Shown here piece after piece: positions 1-10,475 of a stretch of 64,000 bases of DNA (its first letter is position 1; the number at the start of each line of letters is the position of its first letter). The position numbers and the translations under genes are program-made. Source of the DNA: Kiritimatiellia bacterium (GTDB lineage Bacteria > Verrucomicrobiota > Kiritimatiellia > RFP12 > UBA1067); contig JBJEWD010000056.1 of assembly GCA_051884875.1 (NCBI GenBank), positions 23,223-87,222 on the forward strand, given 5' to 3'. The notes below the pieces were generated by a model. The model worked only from the letters and a program-made list of their open reading frames with translations, searched no databases and was not told the origin of the DNA.

Positions 1-2826
1 CTTATCGTCAATTTCCTGACCGAAGCCGCCCGAGAACGCGCGGCGGCGGATCTGGCGCGCGTGCCCGGCGGTGTGCTTTCCGCCGAAGAGTCGGATCTTT
101 CGCGGGCGGCGGCCGGCGTATGGGGGACGGCGCGGCCGACCACGCGCACCCGTGCCGCATCGCATGTGGTCGGTTGGATTCTCGCGCTTGCGGCGACGGC
201 CGGGCTGATTGGGTGGGGTTTTCTCCACCGGCGGTGGTCGGCGTACGTGCTCGCGGCGCTGGTGCTCGTGGCGCTGATACGTCCGTACTGGACGCTCGCC
301 GATCCGGGCGGCACTCTGGTGGTGCTCGCTGATCGCTCGCTTTCGCTTGACGATACGCTTCTGCGTGAGGAGGAGTTCATCCTCAAGTCGCTCGCGCGCA
401 CACGTCCGGCGGGGGCGAAACTGGCGGTCGTGGATTTCGCTGCATCCGCCCGGGTCGCCCCGGCGCTCAATTTTCCGATCTTCCGGCCCTCCGAGTTCCC
501 CGCGTCCTTCCGGACGGCATCGGATGCCGAGGCGGCCTTCCTCACGGCGGCGGGAATGATGAAGGGAGACGTGAATACGCGCTATCTGATGCTGTCGGAC
601 GGGCTTTTCACCGTGCCGCCGTCGCTCACGGCGCCGATGCCGCCCGTGGACGTGCTGGCGCTGGCGCGCCCGTTTTCGAACGATCTCGCGATCATCCGCG
701 TCGCCGCGCCGTCGGACGTCGCGCCCGAAGCATCCGTGCCCGTCTCGGTCTGGGTGCGCAGCGACACCGAGGTGACGGCGAAATGGCGCTTTGGCGAAGG
801 AACGAACGAGCTCGCGCGCGGCGTACGCACCTTTCGGCGCGGCCTTACGCCCATTGCGCTTCGCGATCGCGCGCCGAAGTTGGGCGCGAACCGGCGCTAC
901 CGCTTCGAGCTGGAGACGCCCGCCGGCGATCCGATTCCGGAGAACAACGTCGCGCGCTTCCTCGTGCGGACGTCGGCGCGCAAGCCCGTGCTTGTTGTGC
1001 GGGCACGGCACGAGAGTTCGCTCGCAGGTTTCCTGAACGCCTCGGGCGTTCCGGCGGAAGCGGTCGATCCGTCGGCGTTCGATACATCCCTGGCGGCCTT
1101 GTCGGGCTATGCGGGCGTAATCCTCGAAGACCAGCCTACGGCAGGCCTCGGCGCGGCGGACTTCCGGCGGCTTGGCGATTGGGTGGAACGGCTCGGCGGG
1201 GGATTGGCGATGACGGGCGGCGCGCATACATTCGGTCCCGGCGGCTGGCACGGCTCGGCGGTGGAGGAGATTCTGCCTGTGACGCTCGAACGACGGCAGG
1301 ATGAGCGCAAAAGCGCGATTTCGCTGGCGATCGTGATGGATCGTTCGGGGTCGATGTCCATGCAGGCGACGGCCGGCGGGCGAACCAAGATGGATATGGC
1401 GAACCTTGGCGCGGCCGGGGCGATCGATATGCTTCTTCCCGGAGATCTCGTTTCCGTCATCGCGGTAGACGAGACGCCGCACCTCATTCTGAAGATGCAA
1501 CGCGTCGAGGAGGCGCGCCGGAACATGGACGACGTGCTGGGAATCGTCCCGGACGGCGGTGGCATCTATGTCGAACAAGGCCTTCTCGCAGGGCTCCGCG
1601 AGCTAGCGAAGACTGACACGCCGCTCAAGCATCTCGTCCTCTTCGCCGATGCGTCCGATTCGGAGGAGCCGGGGAACTACCTTGAACTGCTCGAGAAGGC
1701 GGCGGGCGCGGGTATTACGGTGAGTGTCATCGGTCTTGGTTCGCCGATGGACGGCGATGCGGCTTTGCTCAAGCAGATTGCCGTGGCGGGACGGGGCGAC
1801 TGCTATTTCGAAGACGACGCGCGGGAGATCCCGCGGATCTTCCTGCAGGATACCTTCATGGCGACGAAGATGCTGATGGTGACCAACCCGACGCCACTCA
1901 TGGTGACATCGGCTCTGCGGCCGCTGACCGACGCCACGCCGCCGCCGGGGACGACGCCCGTTGCGGGCGGCTACAATCTTCTCTATGCGCGACCGGAGGC
2001 TTCCGTCGCGGTGACGACCGCCGATGAGGATGCCGCGCCGTTCATCGCCTATCGGTCGGTGGGGCTGGGGCGGACCGCCGTATTCGCGGGTGAAGTCGAG
2101 GGTCCCCATGCCGCGCCGCTCATGGAAACGCGTTTCGGGTCCGAGCTTCTCGCGGCGCTCGGACGTTACGTGGCGGGAGCGGGCGCGGCGCCACTGCACG
2201 GTTTTGCGTGCGATATCCGGCTCGTTCGCGGCGGCGCACGGGTGACGGCGGTGCCGGAGGCGCCCTCGGGGACGACGGCATGGTCGAACGACGGACTGCG
2301 CGTGCGCGTGCTGCGCGATCCGGGCGGCACGAACGAGATCAGGCGTCTGCAGTGGGTGTCCGAGGACGTGCTTGAGGCGTTCATCCCGATGCGGGGCGGC
2401 GAGACGGTCGTGGGTGTGGTGGAGTGCCCGGATGGCGGATGCGAGGTGCTGCCGCCCGTCTGCCTCATGTATCCCGCCGAGTTCCTGCCCTGCGAAGATC
2501 CGAAGGAAGGCGAAAGGGCGCTTGAGCGGATAGCCGCCCGGACGGGCGGTCGGGTGGTTTCATCCATTGCCGGGCTTTGGGAGGGGCTGAAGGGACGTCC
2601 GCGCCGCTGCGAGCTGGCGCCGGGGCTTTATCTGCTCGCTGCCGCGCTCTTTCTGCTGCCTGTTGCCCGGCGGTTGCGCGGCGGAATGACGAGAGGTCGC
2701 GCTGTTCCGGCAACGGCCGATCGTCATGCGTCCGAATCGCAGAAGGCCGTCAGGCCGCCGGCGGATAACGTCGCCACGCCACGCATCTCGGCACTCCAAC
2801 GCGCCAAGCGCCGCGCCCGGGTCTAG
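1..2826 (+). CDS. vWA-domain / glutamine-amidotransferase-like (DUF1355-type) membrane protein, 5'-truncated by the window
   Basis: The frame is open from base 1. It has two MIDAS-like motifs (DRSLS, DRSGSM), a GGGLAMTGG...FGPGGW..LPV GATase-like segment and hydrophobic TM stretches. Confidence 0.8.
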   Translation, partial: LIVNFLTEAARERAAADLARVPGGVLSAEESDLSRAAAGVWGTARPTTRTRAASHVVGWILALAATAGLIGWGFLHRRWSAYVLAALVLVALIRPYWTLADPGGTLVVLADRSLSLDDTLLREEEFILKSLARTRPAGAKLAVVDFAASARVAPALNFPIFRPSEFPASFRTASDAEAAFLTAAGMMKGDVNTRYLMLSDGLFTVPPSLTAPMPPVDVLALARPFSNDLAIIRVAAPSDVAPEASVPVSVWVRSDTEVTAKWRFGEGTNELARGVRTFRRGLTPIALRDRAPKLGANRRYRFELETPAGDPIPENNVARFLVRTSARKPVLVVRARHESSLAGFLNASGVPAEAVDPSAFDTSLAALSGYAGVILEDQPTAGLGAADFRRLGDWVERLGGGLAMTGGAHTFGPGGWHGSAVEEILPVTLERRQDERKSAISLAIVMDRSGSMSMQATAGGRTKMDMANLGAAGAIDMLLPGDLVSVIAVDETPHLILKMQRVEEARRNMDDVLGIVPDGGGIYVEQGLLAGLRELAKTDTPLKHLVLFADASDSEEPGNYLELLEKAAGAGITVSVIGLGSPMDGDAALLKQIAVAGRGDCYFEDDAREIPRIFLQDTFMATKMLMVTNPTPLMVTSALRPLTDATPPPGTTPVAGGYNLLYARPEASVAVTTADEDAAPFIAYRSVGLGRTAVFAGEVEGPHAAPLMETRFGSELLAALGRYVAGAGAAPLHGFACDIRLVRGGARVTAVPEAPSGTTAWSNDGLRVRVLRDPGGTNEIRRLQWVSEDVLEAFIPMRGGETVVGVVECPDGGCEVLPPVCLMYPAEFLPCEDPKEGERALERIAARTGGRVVSSIAGLWEGLKGRPRRCELAPGLYLLAAALFLLPVARRLRGGMTRGRAVPATADRHASESQKAVRPPADNVATPRISALQRAKRRARV

Positions 2827-2978
2827 GGAGAAGTCTCGGGAGAAATCTCCGGGGTTCCCGCGCGCATCTCGTGGGTTGCACATGATTTAGACATGTATAT
2901 TTTATAATTGACGCAACTTGCGGACTTATGGTAACCTTGTGGCGTAAACGGTGTTAAGGAACTGTCAGAGGAGTGCCT

Positions 2979-5255
2979 ATGAAAACTCATGCGATAATGG
3001 GAATGTTGACGTCCGTGGCGCTTGGCGCGGGGATGGCGGGAGCAGAGGATGCCGTTGGCTGGATTACGCCGTTGACGACGGGCAACTATTATTGGAATGA
3101 CGCTGACAATTGGGAGCATGGCGTTGTCAATGGCGTGTTCGGCAGCAATCTCTCGGGGTCCGGAAAGACCTATCCAACCGTTCTCATAACCGGAGACGTT
3201 GCGCTCACACATGGATTGAACTTCTCGTACACCAATTCCGAGCAGTATTTGACGTTTTGTGGCGAGAGCAGTGCGCATACGCTCACGCTGGGTGACGATA
3301 TCCTTGTCGCGCTGATGGGGAGTACAGGAAAGGGGCAGATCGCGTTTGGCACAACCGACTCGACCAAAAACCTCAATCTTGATCTGAACGGGAATCGCAC
3401 GTTTCGGCTGGATACCACGGGCTTCTGCGCCTATGGTGCCATTTACGGGGGCGATCTGCGGGTGACGGGCGATGCGGCCAATAATGCCCATCTGACCTTG
3501 TCGGGGAATGACGGGCATATTGATGCGGCGGCGAAGGTTACCTTTACGACGGGGCGGGGACTTTTCATCACGGAGAAGAGTTTGTATCTCAAAGGTTGCC
3601 CGCGTGCGGGCGACGTGCGGCTTGAAAGTGGTTATCTCATGTACGAGGGAACGGACAAGGGGGAGGCGACTGAGGATTCCATCGCGCGGCTGACGCTGGC
3701 CCCCGGGGCAAATGGCGGTGGTCTGGTGCGCTTCCAGAATTACGGCAGTTCATCCTACAAGGCGGCACATCTTAGCATCGGCGAAATCGTGCGTGAAGAG
3801 GAGACGATGCTGGACGTCCATACCGCCAATTCGACGCTTGGCGCGGGTGTCGTGGGGACGGCGGGATCGGTCAATGTCACGGTTGACAACGGGGTCGCCG
3901 CAGTCGGTAGCGGTACATTCGGCACGCCTACCGCGCCCGTCGTGCCGTGGGCGCGCGGATCGGTGGTAGCCAGTCAGACGACCGATCAACGCTATTCGTC
4001 GCTCGTGACGTATGAACCCGAGAAAGGCTTTCGCCTTCTAGATTCGGAGACGGAATACGAAGCGTATACGGGGGGCTATACGGGATCGGTGGTTACGGCT
4101 GGGGCAAACGTCTGCGTCATCCCGGATGGCGTGGTCGACTTCAGGGGGAATTGTACGGTGAATTCGATTCTCCTCTCGTCAACCGACACGTGGAAGTATC
4201 TGGTGGCGACCAATGGAACGCTTACGGTCACCTCAGGCGCCGTGGATATGAGTTCAGGACTGGATAACCTGGTCCTAAACGCCAACCTTGATTTCGGAGA
4301 CAGAACGGGCTACATCACATCCTACAGCCAGAAGCGGCGTTATCTGGAAGGCACGATCACCGGCTCGGCCGGTGTTGTCTATGCCGACCAGATAATTCGC
4401 TCGCGGAACGCCGGCGCCCCATTGGCGGTCTCGGCACAGGCCCTCTATACCGGAAACGCCTATATCAACGGGTACGTTGCCGCCAATTCCGCCGATGCCG
4501 TGCCGCATGGTGCGGGTAAAGGCGACTTCTACGTCAACGGACGCTTCCAGCCGACGGTCGGCGGCGGCGTGACGGTCAATGGTCTTTACGGGCGAGGCAA
4601 GATCGATTACGCAAACTCCTACCTTAGCGGGTTCACCTTTGGCGGCAATGATGCGAATGGCGACTTCAGCGGAGAAATCAGCAGCACGCAGACCGGTAAG
4701 TTGCCAGTGACGAAAATTGGTGCCGGTTGTCAGCGTCTGGGTGGTGACGTGTCGATTGCTGGAAGTCCGTTCGCCATCAATGCGGGAACGCTCATTGTTG
4801 ACGGCGCGGTGGCCGCGTCGGAAGTGACGGTTGCCGAGAACGCCACTCTCGGCGGCAGTGGCACCTTCGAGCCGTTGGTGACACTGAAGGACGGAGCGAT
4901 CCTGGAGGCGGGATCCAAGGAGAACGGCAAATTCACCGTCGCCTGCAACGGCGGGCTTGCCTTTCACGGCGATGCATCTCTCAACCTTGTCTGCAGGGAT
5001 CGCGAGACGGTCGGTCGTGTGGACGTGGCAGGAGGCGTGGCCTTTGCCGAGGGGAGGAAAGTCACGGTCAACATACTGCTGGATGAGGGCATCAAGCTGC
5101 GGGGCGGCCGTACGCATGTGGTGTTGACCTCCACCCAGCCGCTCGCGCTGGCGAGTCTCCGGCGGGGTTCGGGATGCGGTCGTCTTTCGTTGAGTGAGGA
5201 TAATCTGCAGCTGCTCATGTGCGTGAGTGACGGGCTATGCTTGGTCATAAGGTGA
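2979..5255 (+). CDS. Secreted protein with autotransporter-associated beta-strand repeats, no beta-barrel
   Basis: RBS GAGGAG at 2968-2973, ATG at 2979, signal peptide, Gly/Thr/Asn-rich, a VTKIGAG..L.G..INAGTL repeat, and the end GLCLVIR. Confidence 0.75.
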   Translation: MKTHAIMGMLTSVALGAGMAGAEDAVGWITPLTTGNYYWNDADNWEHGVVNGVFGSNLSGSGKTYPTVLITGDVALTHGLNFSYTNSEQYLTFCGESSAHTLTLGDDILVALMGSTGKGQIAFGTTDSTKNLNLDLNGNRTFRLDTTGFCAYGAIYGGDLRVTGDAANNAHLTLSGNDGHIDAAAKVTFTTGRGLFITEKSLYLKGCPRAGDVRLESGYLMYEGTDKGEATEDSIARLTLAPGANGGGLVRFQNYGSSSYKAAHLSIGEIVREEETMLDVHTANSTLGAGVVGTAGSVNVTVDNGVAAVGSGTFGTPTAPVVPWARGSVVASQTTDQRYSSLVTYEPEKGFRLLDSETEYEAYTGGYTGSVVTAGANVCVIPDGVVDFRGNCTVNSILLSSTDTWKYLVATNGTLTVTSGAVDMSSGLDNLVLNANLDFGDRTGYITSYSQKRRYLEGTITGSAGVVYADQIIRSRNAGAPLAVSAQALYTGNAYINGYVAANSADAVPHGAGKGDFYVNGRFQPTVGGGVTVNGLYGRGKIDYANSYLSGFTFGGNDANGDFSGEISSTQTGKLPVTKIGAGCQRLGGDVSIAGSPFAINAGTLIVDGAVAASEVTVAENATLGGSGTFEPLVTLKDGAILEAGSKENGKFTVACNGGLAFHGDASLNLVCRDRETVGRVDVAGGVAFAEGRKVTVNILLDEGIKLRGGRTHVVLTSTQPLALASLRRGSGCGRLSLSEDNLQLLMCVSDGLCLVIR

Positions 5256-5278
5256 TTTGACCGGAAAGGGCTGTCGAG

Positions 5279-7333
5279 ATGCGAACGATGATGACGCTGC
5301 TCGCGGCGGCGCTGGCCTTTGCCGCGTGCGCCGAGAATCTGGTGCCGGCCGACAAGCGCGCGTTTGACGTGCCGTTCAAGGGCGCGGGAAAGATGGGTCT
5401 CGTCTACCAGCCCGTCTTCTTTCCGAAAGGGACAGAGGGCGCCGTCGTTTCAGCGGAGGTCAGGATCGAGGGTGTGGAAAAGGGCGACAAGCCCTGGTTC
5501 GACGCGCGCATCATGATGGACTTCATCACCGCTGAGTGCAAGAAGGTTAAGGGTGGTCCGGCACTCGGCGGCTGGAAGGGCACGAAGGACTGGTTTCCGG
5601 TCCGGAAAACCGTGCGGATCCCCGACGGCGCTGCGGGTCTTGCGCTGATGCCATGCCTTTTCAACGTGAAGTCGGGCGCAATGTCCGTCCGCAGCCTGTC
5701 CGTCGAGCCGCAGGAGAAGTTCGTCGAAGATTCCGAGGAAAGGGCGCGGCGCGAGGCCGGTGAAAAGAAACGAGCCGCGTCACTTGAACAACGGCGCCTC
5801 CGGGCCGCGAAGGCATTGGCGGAGGGCGCGCTCATTCCACCTGTTAAGGATGGTGCGCCGTACGCCAGACTCGTGGCCGCCCGGCCCGGCAGGCTCGTCA
5901 ACCACTACCGCGAGTACGATCTGCCGGCGAATGTCGAGGCGCTCAAGATGTCCTGGCGGTGGGAGGTCCGGAACCTCAAGACGGGCGTGAAGCCGTGGTT
6001 CGACGCGCGCGTGATCCTGAAGTTCAAAGATGCGGACGGCAAGGAGCTGAAGGCGCCGGCGCCCGTCTACACGCAGCGGAACACGCCGGGGTTCGTCGCG
6101 CACTCGACCTCCTTCCTCGTACCGGCGGAGGCGATGACGCTCGTCGTTATGCCGTGTCTCTTCCAGGTGACGTCGGGCGAGATGGAGATTCGGGACGTGA
6201 CGCTTGTGCCGACCGATCCGCAGCCGCTTCGCGAAGCCGCCGCCGCGCACGAACGCCAGATCAGGGCGCGCCATGTGCCGGACGAACCGGAGAACCGTTC
6301 CCGATGGCCGATGATGGTCAGGGTGCAGGGGAATCGTCTTGTCGATCCCGAGGGTCGGGAGGTCTGGCTGCAGGGCGTCAATGCGGGTGGCATGGAGACG
6401 ATCCCGGATGGCGAGCAGGAGACGAAATCGACTGTTGTCGCCATCGATGTATGGAAGTCGAACTGCATCCGTCTGCCGATTAACGAGGCCCACTGGTTTG
6501 GCACGGGCGTCTATTCGAAACCCGACGGCGGTGCATCCTTCCGCGCGGCCTGCGACAAGATCGTCCGTCTCGCGGCAAACCGCGGCGCGTACGTGGTCAT
6601 CGACCTGCACCGTTTCCGTGCGCCGAAGGCGGAGCATGTCGCATTCTGGAGGGATTGCGCTGCGCACTACATGAATCATCCCGCCGTGCTGTTCGATCTC
6701 TTCAACGAGCCGCATGGCGTCAGCTGGGAGGTCTGGCGCAACGGCGGTTGGGTTGGCGAAGCCGACACGGTCGATGAGTCCGCGTTCCTTTCCGCCGAAG
6801 AGAAGCGTAAGAACCAGGGCTTCGAATCCGTCGGCATGCAGGCGCTCGTCGACGCCGTTCGTTCCACGGGCGCGAAGAACGTCGTCATCGCGGGCGGGCT
6901 TTTCTGGGCGAACGACCTGACGGGCATCGAGAGCGAGGCGATTGAGAAGGGCGAGAAGCCGTCCTATCGGCTGGAGGACAAGACGGGAAATGGCATCATG
7001 TACGCCTGGCACGCCTACCATTGGCACAAGGGGTGGAACCGCATTCTGCCGGTCGCGGCGAGGCATCCGGTCTTCCTCGGCGAAGTTGGCGCCGCGCCGC
7101 GCGGGGTGATGAACTTCATTCCCGATGAGGATCAGGAGGATCCGTACACGTTCGTACCCGATATGCTCGGCTTCATCCAGAAGTACCGACTCAACTGGAC
7201 GGGCTGGTGCTTCCATCCCAAGGCCGCACCGGTGATGATCACGAGCTGGGACTACGAGCCGACGCCGTACTGGGGCGAGTTCGCGCGGCGGGCACTCCGC
7301 GGCGAACCGTTCGAGATGAAGCGGATGCGATAG
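5279..7333 (+). CDS. Glycoside hydrolase family 5 with two N-terminal CBM-like modules
   Basis: Signal peptide, GH5 motifs IRLP, IDLH, LFNEPH (acid/base) and FLGEVG (nucleophile), and a duplicated KPWFDAR module. Confidence 0.85.
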   Translation: MRTMMTLLAAALAFAACAENLVPADKRAFDVPFKGAGKMGLVYQPVFFPKGTEGAVVSAEVRIEGVEKGDKPWFDARIMMDFITAECKKVKGGPALGGWKGTKDWFPVRKTVRIPDGAAGLALMPCLFNVKSGAMSVRSLSVEPQEKFVEDSEERARREAGEKKRAASLEQRRLRAAKALAEGALIPPVKDGAPYARLVAARPGRLVNHYREYDLPANVEALKMSWRWEVRNLKTGVKPWFDARVILKFKDADGKELKAPAPVYTQRNTPGFVAHSTSFLVPAEAMTLVVMPCLFQVTSGEMEIRDVTLVPTDPQPLREAAAAHERQIRARHVPDEPENRSRWPMMVRVQGNRLVDPEGREVWLQGVNAGGMETIPDGEQETKSTVVAIDVWKSNCIRLPINEAHWFGTGVYSKPDGGASFRAACDKIVRLAANRGAYVVIDLHRFRAPKAEHVAFWRDCAAHYMNHPAVLFDLFNEPHGVSWEVWRNGGWVGEADTVDESAFLSAEEKRKNQGFESVGMQALVDAVRSTGAKNVVIAGGLFWANDLTGIESEAIEKGEKPSYRLEDKTGNGIMYAWHAYHWHKGWNRILPVAARHPVFLGEVGAAPRGVMNFIPDEDQEDPYTFVPDMLGFIQKYRLNWTGWCFHPKAAPVMITSWDYEPTPYWGEFARRALRGEPFEMKRMR

Positions 7334-7342
7334 GAGGAGACC

Positions 7343-9544
7343 GTGCTGGGTTACCTGTTGGCCATGCTGGCGGTGACGAACATGCCGCCGCCGTATTACA
7401 CGGTGTATGCCGAGGCGGTGGGTGCGCCGCTGGCGAAGCAGATCGAATTCCTGGCGATGCCGCAGCGCGAGAACGTTCGCGCGAATTCGACCTACGTCAA
7501 CACGCGGCGCTATCTGCTCGGGCCGGACAATCCGGGTTTCGTGGTGACGCCCGACGGCAGCGGACTAGGCGCACACGGCACGATCAGCATGGCGGCGCTG
7601 GAAGTTCAGGCGGCGACGACCGAGAACGCCGCCGAAGCCGCACGTTGCCGTACGCTCGCGCAATGGCTCGCGCATCCGCAGGGCGAGAGTCCGCGTGCGC
7701 GGATCGTCGGGCAGACCCGATCCTCCCTCGCGCGGGCGGCCCGGATGCCGCATCCGCGCGTGTTTGCGACGGCGGCGGATTTCGCCGCGCTTGGGGAGCG
7801 TGCGAAGACGGACGCGCTGGTGAAGGCGGGTGTCGACCGCGTGCTGGCCGAAGCCGCGCGGTGGCGCGGCAGACCCGTATCGACGTACGAGTTGACGGGG
7901 TATCACCTGCTTGCCGTTTCGCGTCAGAGCATGTCGCGCTTGGTGTCGAATGCCTTTGCCTATCGCCTGACGGGAGAGCGGCAGTATGTCGACGATGCGG
8001 TATCGGAACTGCGGGCCGTCTGCGCATTCCCGGACTGGAATCCGCGCCACACGATCGATACGGGTGAGATGATGCTGGCGGTTGCGACGGCCTACGATTG
8101 GCTCCATGAAACGCTGCCGGACGACGTGCGTGAACAGGCGGCGCGCGCCCTCATCGAGAAGGGAATTTGCGCCGACGTGCCGAATGCCGGGTGGACGCGG
8201 CTTCAGAACAACTGGGTGCAGGTCGTCGCCGGCGGATTGACGGCCGCTGCGGTCGCGGTCGCCGATCGCGCGGCCGATTTGTGCGTGCCGTATCTTGTCG
8301 CCGTGGTCGAATCGCTACCCGAGGCGGAGTCGGTGTGCGGACCCGACGGTATCTTCCCCGAAGGGCCCGTCTACTGGAACTACGGCTGGAGCTTCAATGC
8401 GATTGCGCTTGATGTGATGCGGACGGCGTTCGGTGGCGACTTCGGGCTCTCCGACGTGCCGGGCGTTCGGGCGACGGGGCTTTATCCGGCGCAGGTGACG
8501 GGGCCGTCGGGCGATTGGTTCAACTACAGCGACTGCCATGGTTCGCGCGGCAGTTCGCCGGCGGTCTGGTGGTTCGCGCGGCGTTTCGGCGCTACGGCCG
8601 CCGTAACGGCGAATGAGGTCACCGCCTTGCGCGCAGTCTGTGCGGATTGCGCAAAACCCCTGGACCGGACCTTTCCGTTCACGCTCTTCTGGACGGGCGA
8701 TGATCTGGCGAAGGCCGCTTCACCGCTTCCGGATGTCTGGGTAGGACGGGGCGAGGTCCCGATTGGCGTTCTTCGGATGCCGTCGGGCGCCTATCTCGCC
8801 ATCAAGGGTGGTTCGCCCTCCTATAATCACGGACACGCCGATGCGGGCGGCTTCGTCCTGGACCTGCAGGGCGAGCGCTGGGGTTATGATCTCGGTGCCG
8901 AGAACTATCATGCGGTCGAACGGCACATCGGCCCGAGCGGCCTCTGGTCGCCCGAACCGGAATCCAAGCGCTGGTCGGTCTTCCGTCTCGGCACGCAGGG
9001 TCACAATACGCTTATGATCGGCGGCAAGGGACAGGACGCACGTGGATTTGCGCTCCTGACGCGCGCCGGTGAGACGGTCGTCGCCGATCTCTCGTCGATC
9101 TATCCGCAGGCGCGGCGGGTCGTCCGTACGGTGGCGCGTGGGCCGCAGGGATTTGCAATCACCGATGAAATTGAAGGGGCAGAGCCCGGGTCGTCCGTGC
9201 GCTGGGCGATGAACACCAACGCGCGAATTGGGATTGGCGCGGACGGTATGGTCACGCTCCGCAAAAACGGGAAATCCATCCGCCTGTTCGAGACGACGGG
9301 CGGCGGCGTCTGGTCGGAAGCTTCGGCGCAGCCGCCGAACGACTGGGAGTCGCCGAATCCGGGGATGCGTCAGCTCGTCTACACCGCGCCCGTGCCGCCA
9401 TCCGGCCGACTGGTGCTGTCCGTGCGATTCCAGGACGACGGGAACTCCTGCGCTCTTCCCGTCAATGCGTTCACCGACGTGGCAAAGAGGGAGGGGAGGA
9501 CGGCGCACGCGCCGGGTCTTCGGGCGTTTCCCCTTTTGCTATAA
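7343..9544 (+). CDS. Heparinase II/III-like polysaccharide lyase (DUF4962-type)
   Basis: HPR motif, NNW, EGPVYWNY, NHGHADAGGF and GHNTL motifs; RBS AGGAG before the GTG start. Confidence 0.8.
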   Translation: MLGYLLAMLAVTNMPPPYYTVYAEAVGAPLAKQIEFLAMPQRENVRANSTYVNTRRYLLGPDNPGFVVTPDGSGLGAHGTISMAALEVQAATTENAAEAARCRTLAQWLAHPQGESPRARIVGQTRSSLARAARMPHPRVFATAADFAALGERAKTDALVKAGVDRVLAEAARWRGRPVSTYELTGYHLLAVSRQSMSRLVSNAFAYRLTGERQYVDDAVSELRAVCAFPDWNPRHTIDTGEMMLAVATAYDWLHETLPDDVREQAARALIEKGICADVPNAGWTRLQNNWVQVVAGGLTAAAVAVADRAADLCVPYLVAVVESLPEAESVCGPDGIFPEGPVYWNYGWSFNAIALDVMRTAFGGDFGLSDVPGVRATGLYPAQVTGPSGDWFNYSDCHGSRGSSPAVWWFARRFGATAAVTANEVTALRAVCADCAKPLDRTFPFTLFWTGDDLAKAASPLPDVWVGRGEVPIGVLRMPSGAYLAIKGGSPSYNHGHADAGGFVLDLQGERWGYDLGAENYHAVERHIGPSGLWSPEPESKRWSVFRLGTQGHNTLMIGGKGQDARGFALLTRAGETVVADLSSIYPQARRVVRTVARGPQGFAITDEIEGAEPGSSVRWAMNTNARIGIGADGMVTLRKNGKSIRLFETTGGGVWSEASAQPPNDWESPNPGMRQLVYTAPVPPSGRLVLSVRFQDDGNSCALPVNAFTDVAKREGRTAHAPGLRAFPLLL

Positions 9545-9545
9545 T
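9537..9545 (+). promoter_or_regulatory. Extended -10 promoter (TGCTATAAT), probably leaderless mutY
   Basis: TGnTATAAT lies 6 nt before ATG 9552, with no room for an SD. Confidence 0.6.
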
Positions 9546-9551
9546 ACGGAC

Positions 9552-10475
9552 ATGACATCCGAGCTGAAACCCCTCATTACCTGGTACCGGCGCGCGAAGC
9601 GTCCGATGCCGTGGCGCCTGAAGGTTGAACCGTATGCCTGCTGGCTGTCGGAGATCATGCTGCAGCAGACGACCTACGAGCAGGCGTTGCCTTACTATAC
9701 CCGCTTCCGCGCGCGTTTCCCCGATGTCCACGCGCTCGCGGCGGCGGATGAGCAGGACGTGCTGAAGGCCTGGGAAGGGCTCGGCTACTACGCCCGCGCG
9801 CGCAATCTCCTCAAGGCCGCACGGCAGTTCGCGACGACGGGCTGGCCGACGACACTCGCGGACTGGCGGGCGGTGCCCGGCGTCGGGCCTTATACGGCGG
9901 CCGCCCTCGCGTCGGTCCTCGATGGTGTTGAAGTCTGTGTCGTCGATGGCAATGTCGCACGGGTCTTCGCCCGCTACTGGAAGCTGACGGACGACTTCCG
10001 GAAGCTGCCGCCGCGTGAACAGCTTGCCGAACGGCTGCGGCCACTGATGTGCGCAAGGCCTGGTGATTTCAATCAGGCGATGATGGAGCTGGGTGCGCTC
10101 ATCTGTACGCCGAAGAGTCCGCGGTGCGGCGACTGTCCCCTGCGCACGCGCTGTCTTGCCGCAGCCGATGGAACGCCGGAGGCTTATCCCGTACGGAAGG
10201 CAAGGAAGACGCCCCCCGTGCGACGACAGCAGGTGGTCATCGTGACGAGTGGCGACGGAAAGGTTCTCCTCGTCCGTCGCCGGGCGGATGGCCTTCTGGG
10301 CGGACTTTGGGATTTGCCGTCGGTCGAGCCGGCGGGCGAGCACGTGCAGACCTTCAGCCACTTCAAGCTCGAACTTTCGCTTCTTCGGGCGACGACGGAG
10401 GCTGCCTTCGTCAATCCGCGCGAAGTTCCCCTGACGACTGCCGCGCGCAAGGTGCTGCAAAACATTGCGGTTTGA
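9552..10475 (+). CDS. mutY: A/G-specific adenine glycosylase MutY
   Basis: WLSEIMLQQT, WEGLGYYARARNL, HhH PGVGPYTA, VDGNVARV, FeS motif CTPKSPRCGDCPLRTRC, C-terminal HVQTFSHF. The start is moved from the ORF-track 9228 to ATG 9552. Confidence 0.95.
   Translation: MTSELKPLITWYRRAKRPMPWRLKVEPYACWLSEIMLQQTTYEQALPYYTRFRARFPDVHALAAADEQDVLKAWEGLGYYARARNLLKAARQFATTGWPTTLADWRAVPGVGPYTAAALASVLDGVEVCVVDGNVARVFARYWKLTDDFRKLPPREQLAERLRPLMCARPGDFNQAMMELGALICTPKSPRCGDCPLRTRCLAAADGTPEAYPVRKARKTPPVRRQQVVIVTSGDGKVLLVRRRADGLLGGLWDLPSVEPAGEHVQTFSHFKLELSLLRATTEAAFVNPREVPLTTAARKVLQNIAV

Noticed and set aside
7343-7700. SGNH-like relic at the lyase N-terminus (TPDGSGLGAHG)
   Set aside because: The resemblance is too weak and the catalytic His is absent.
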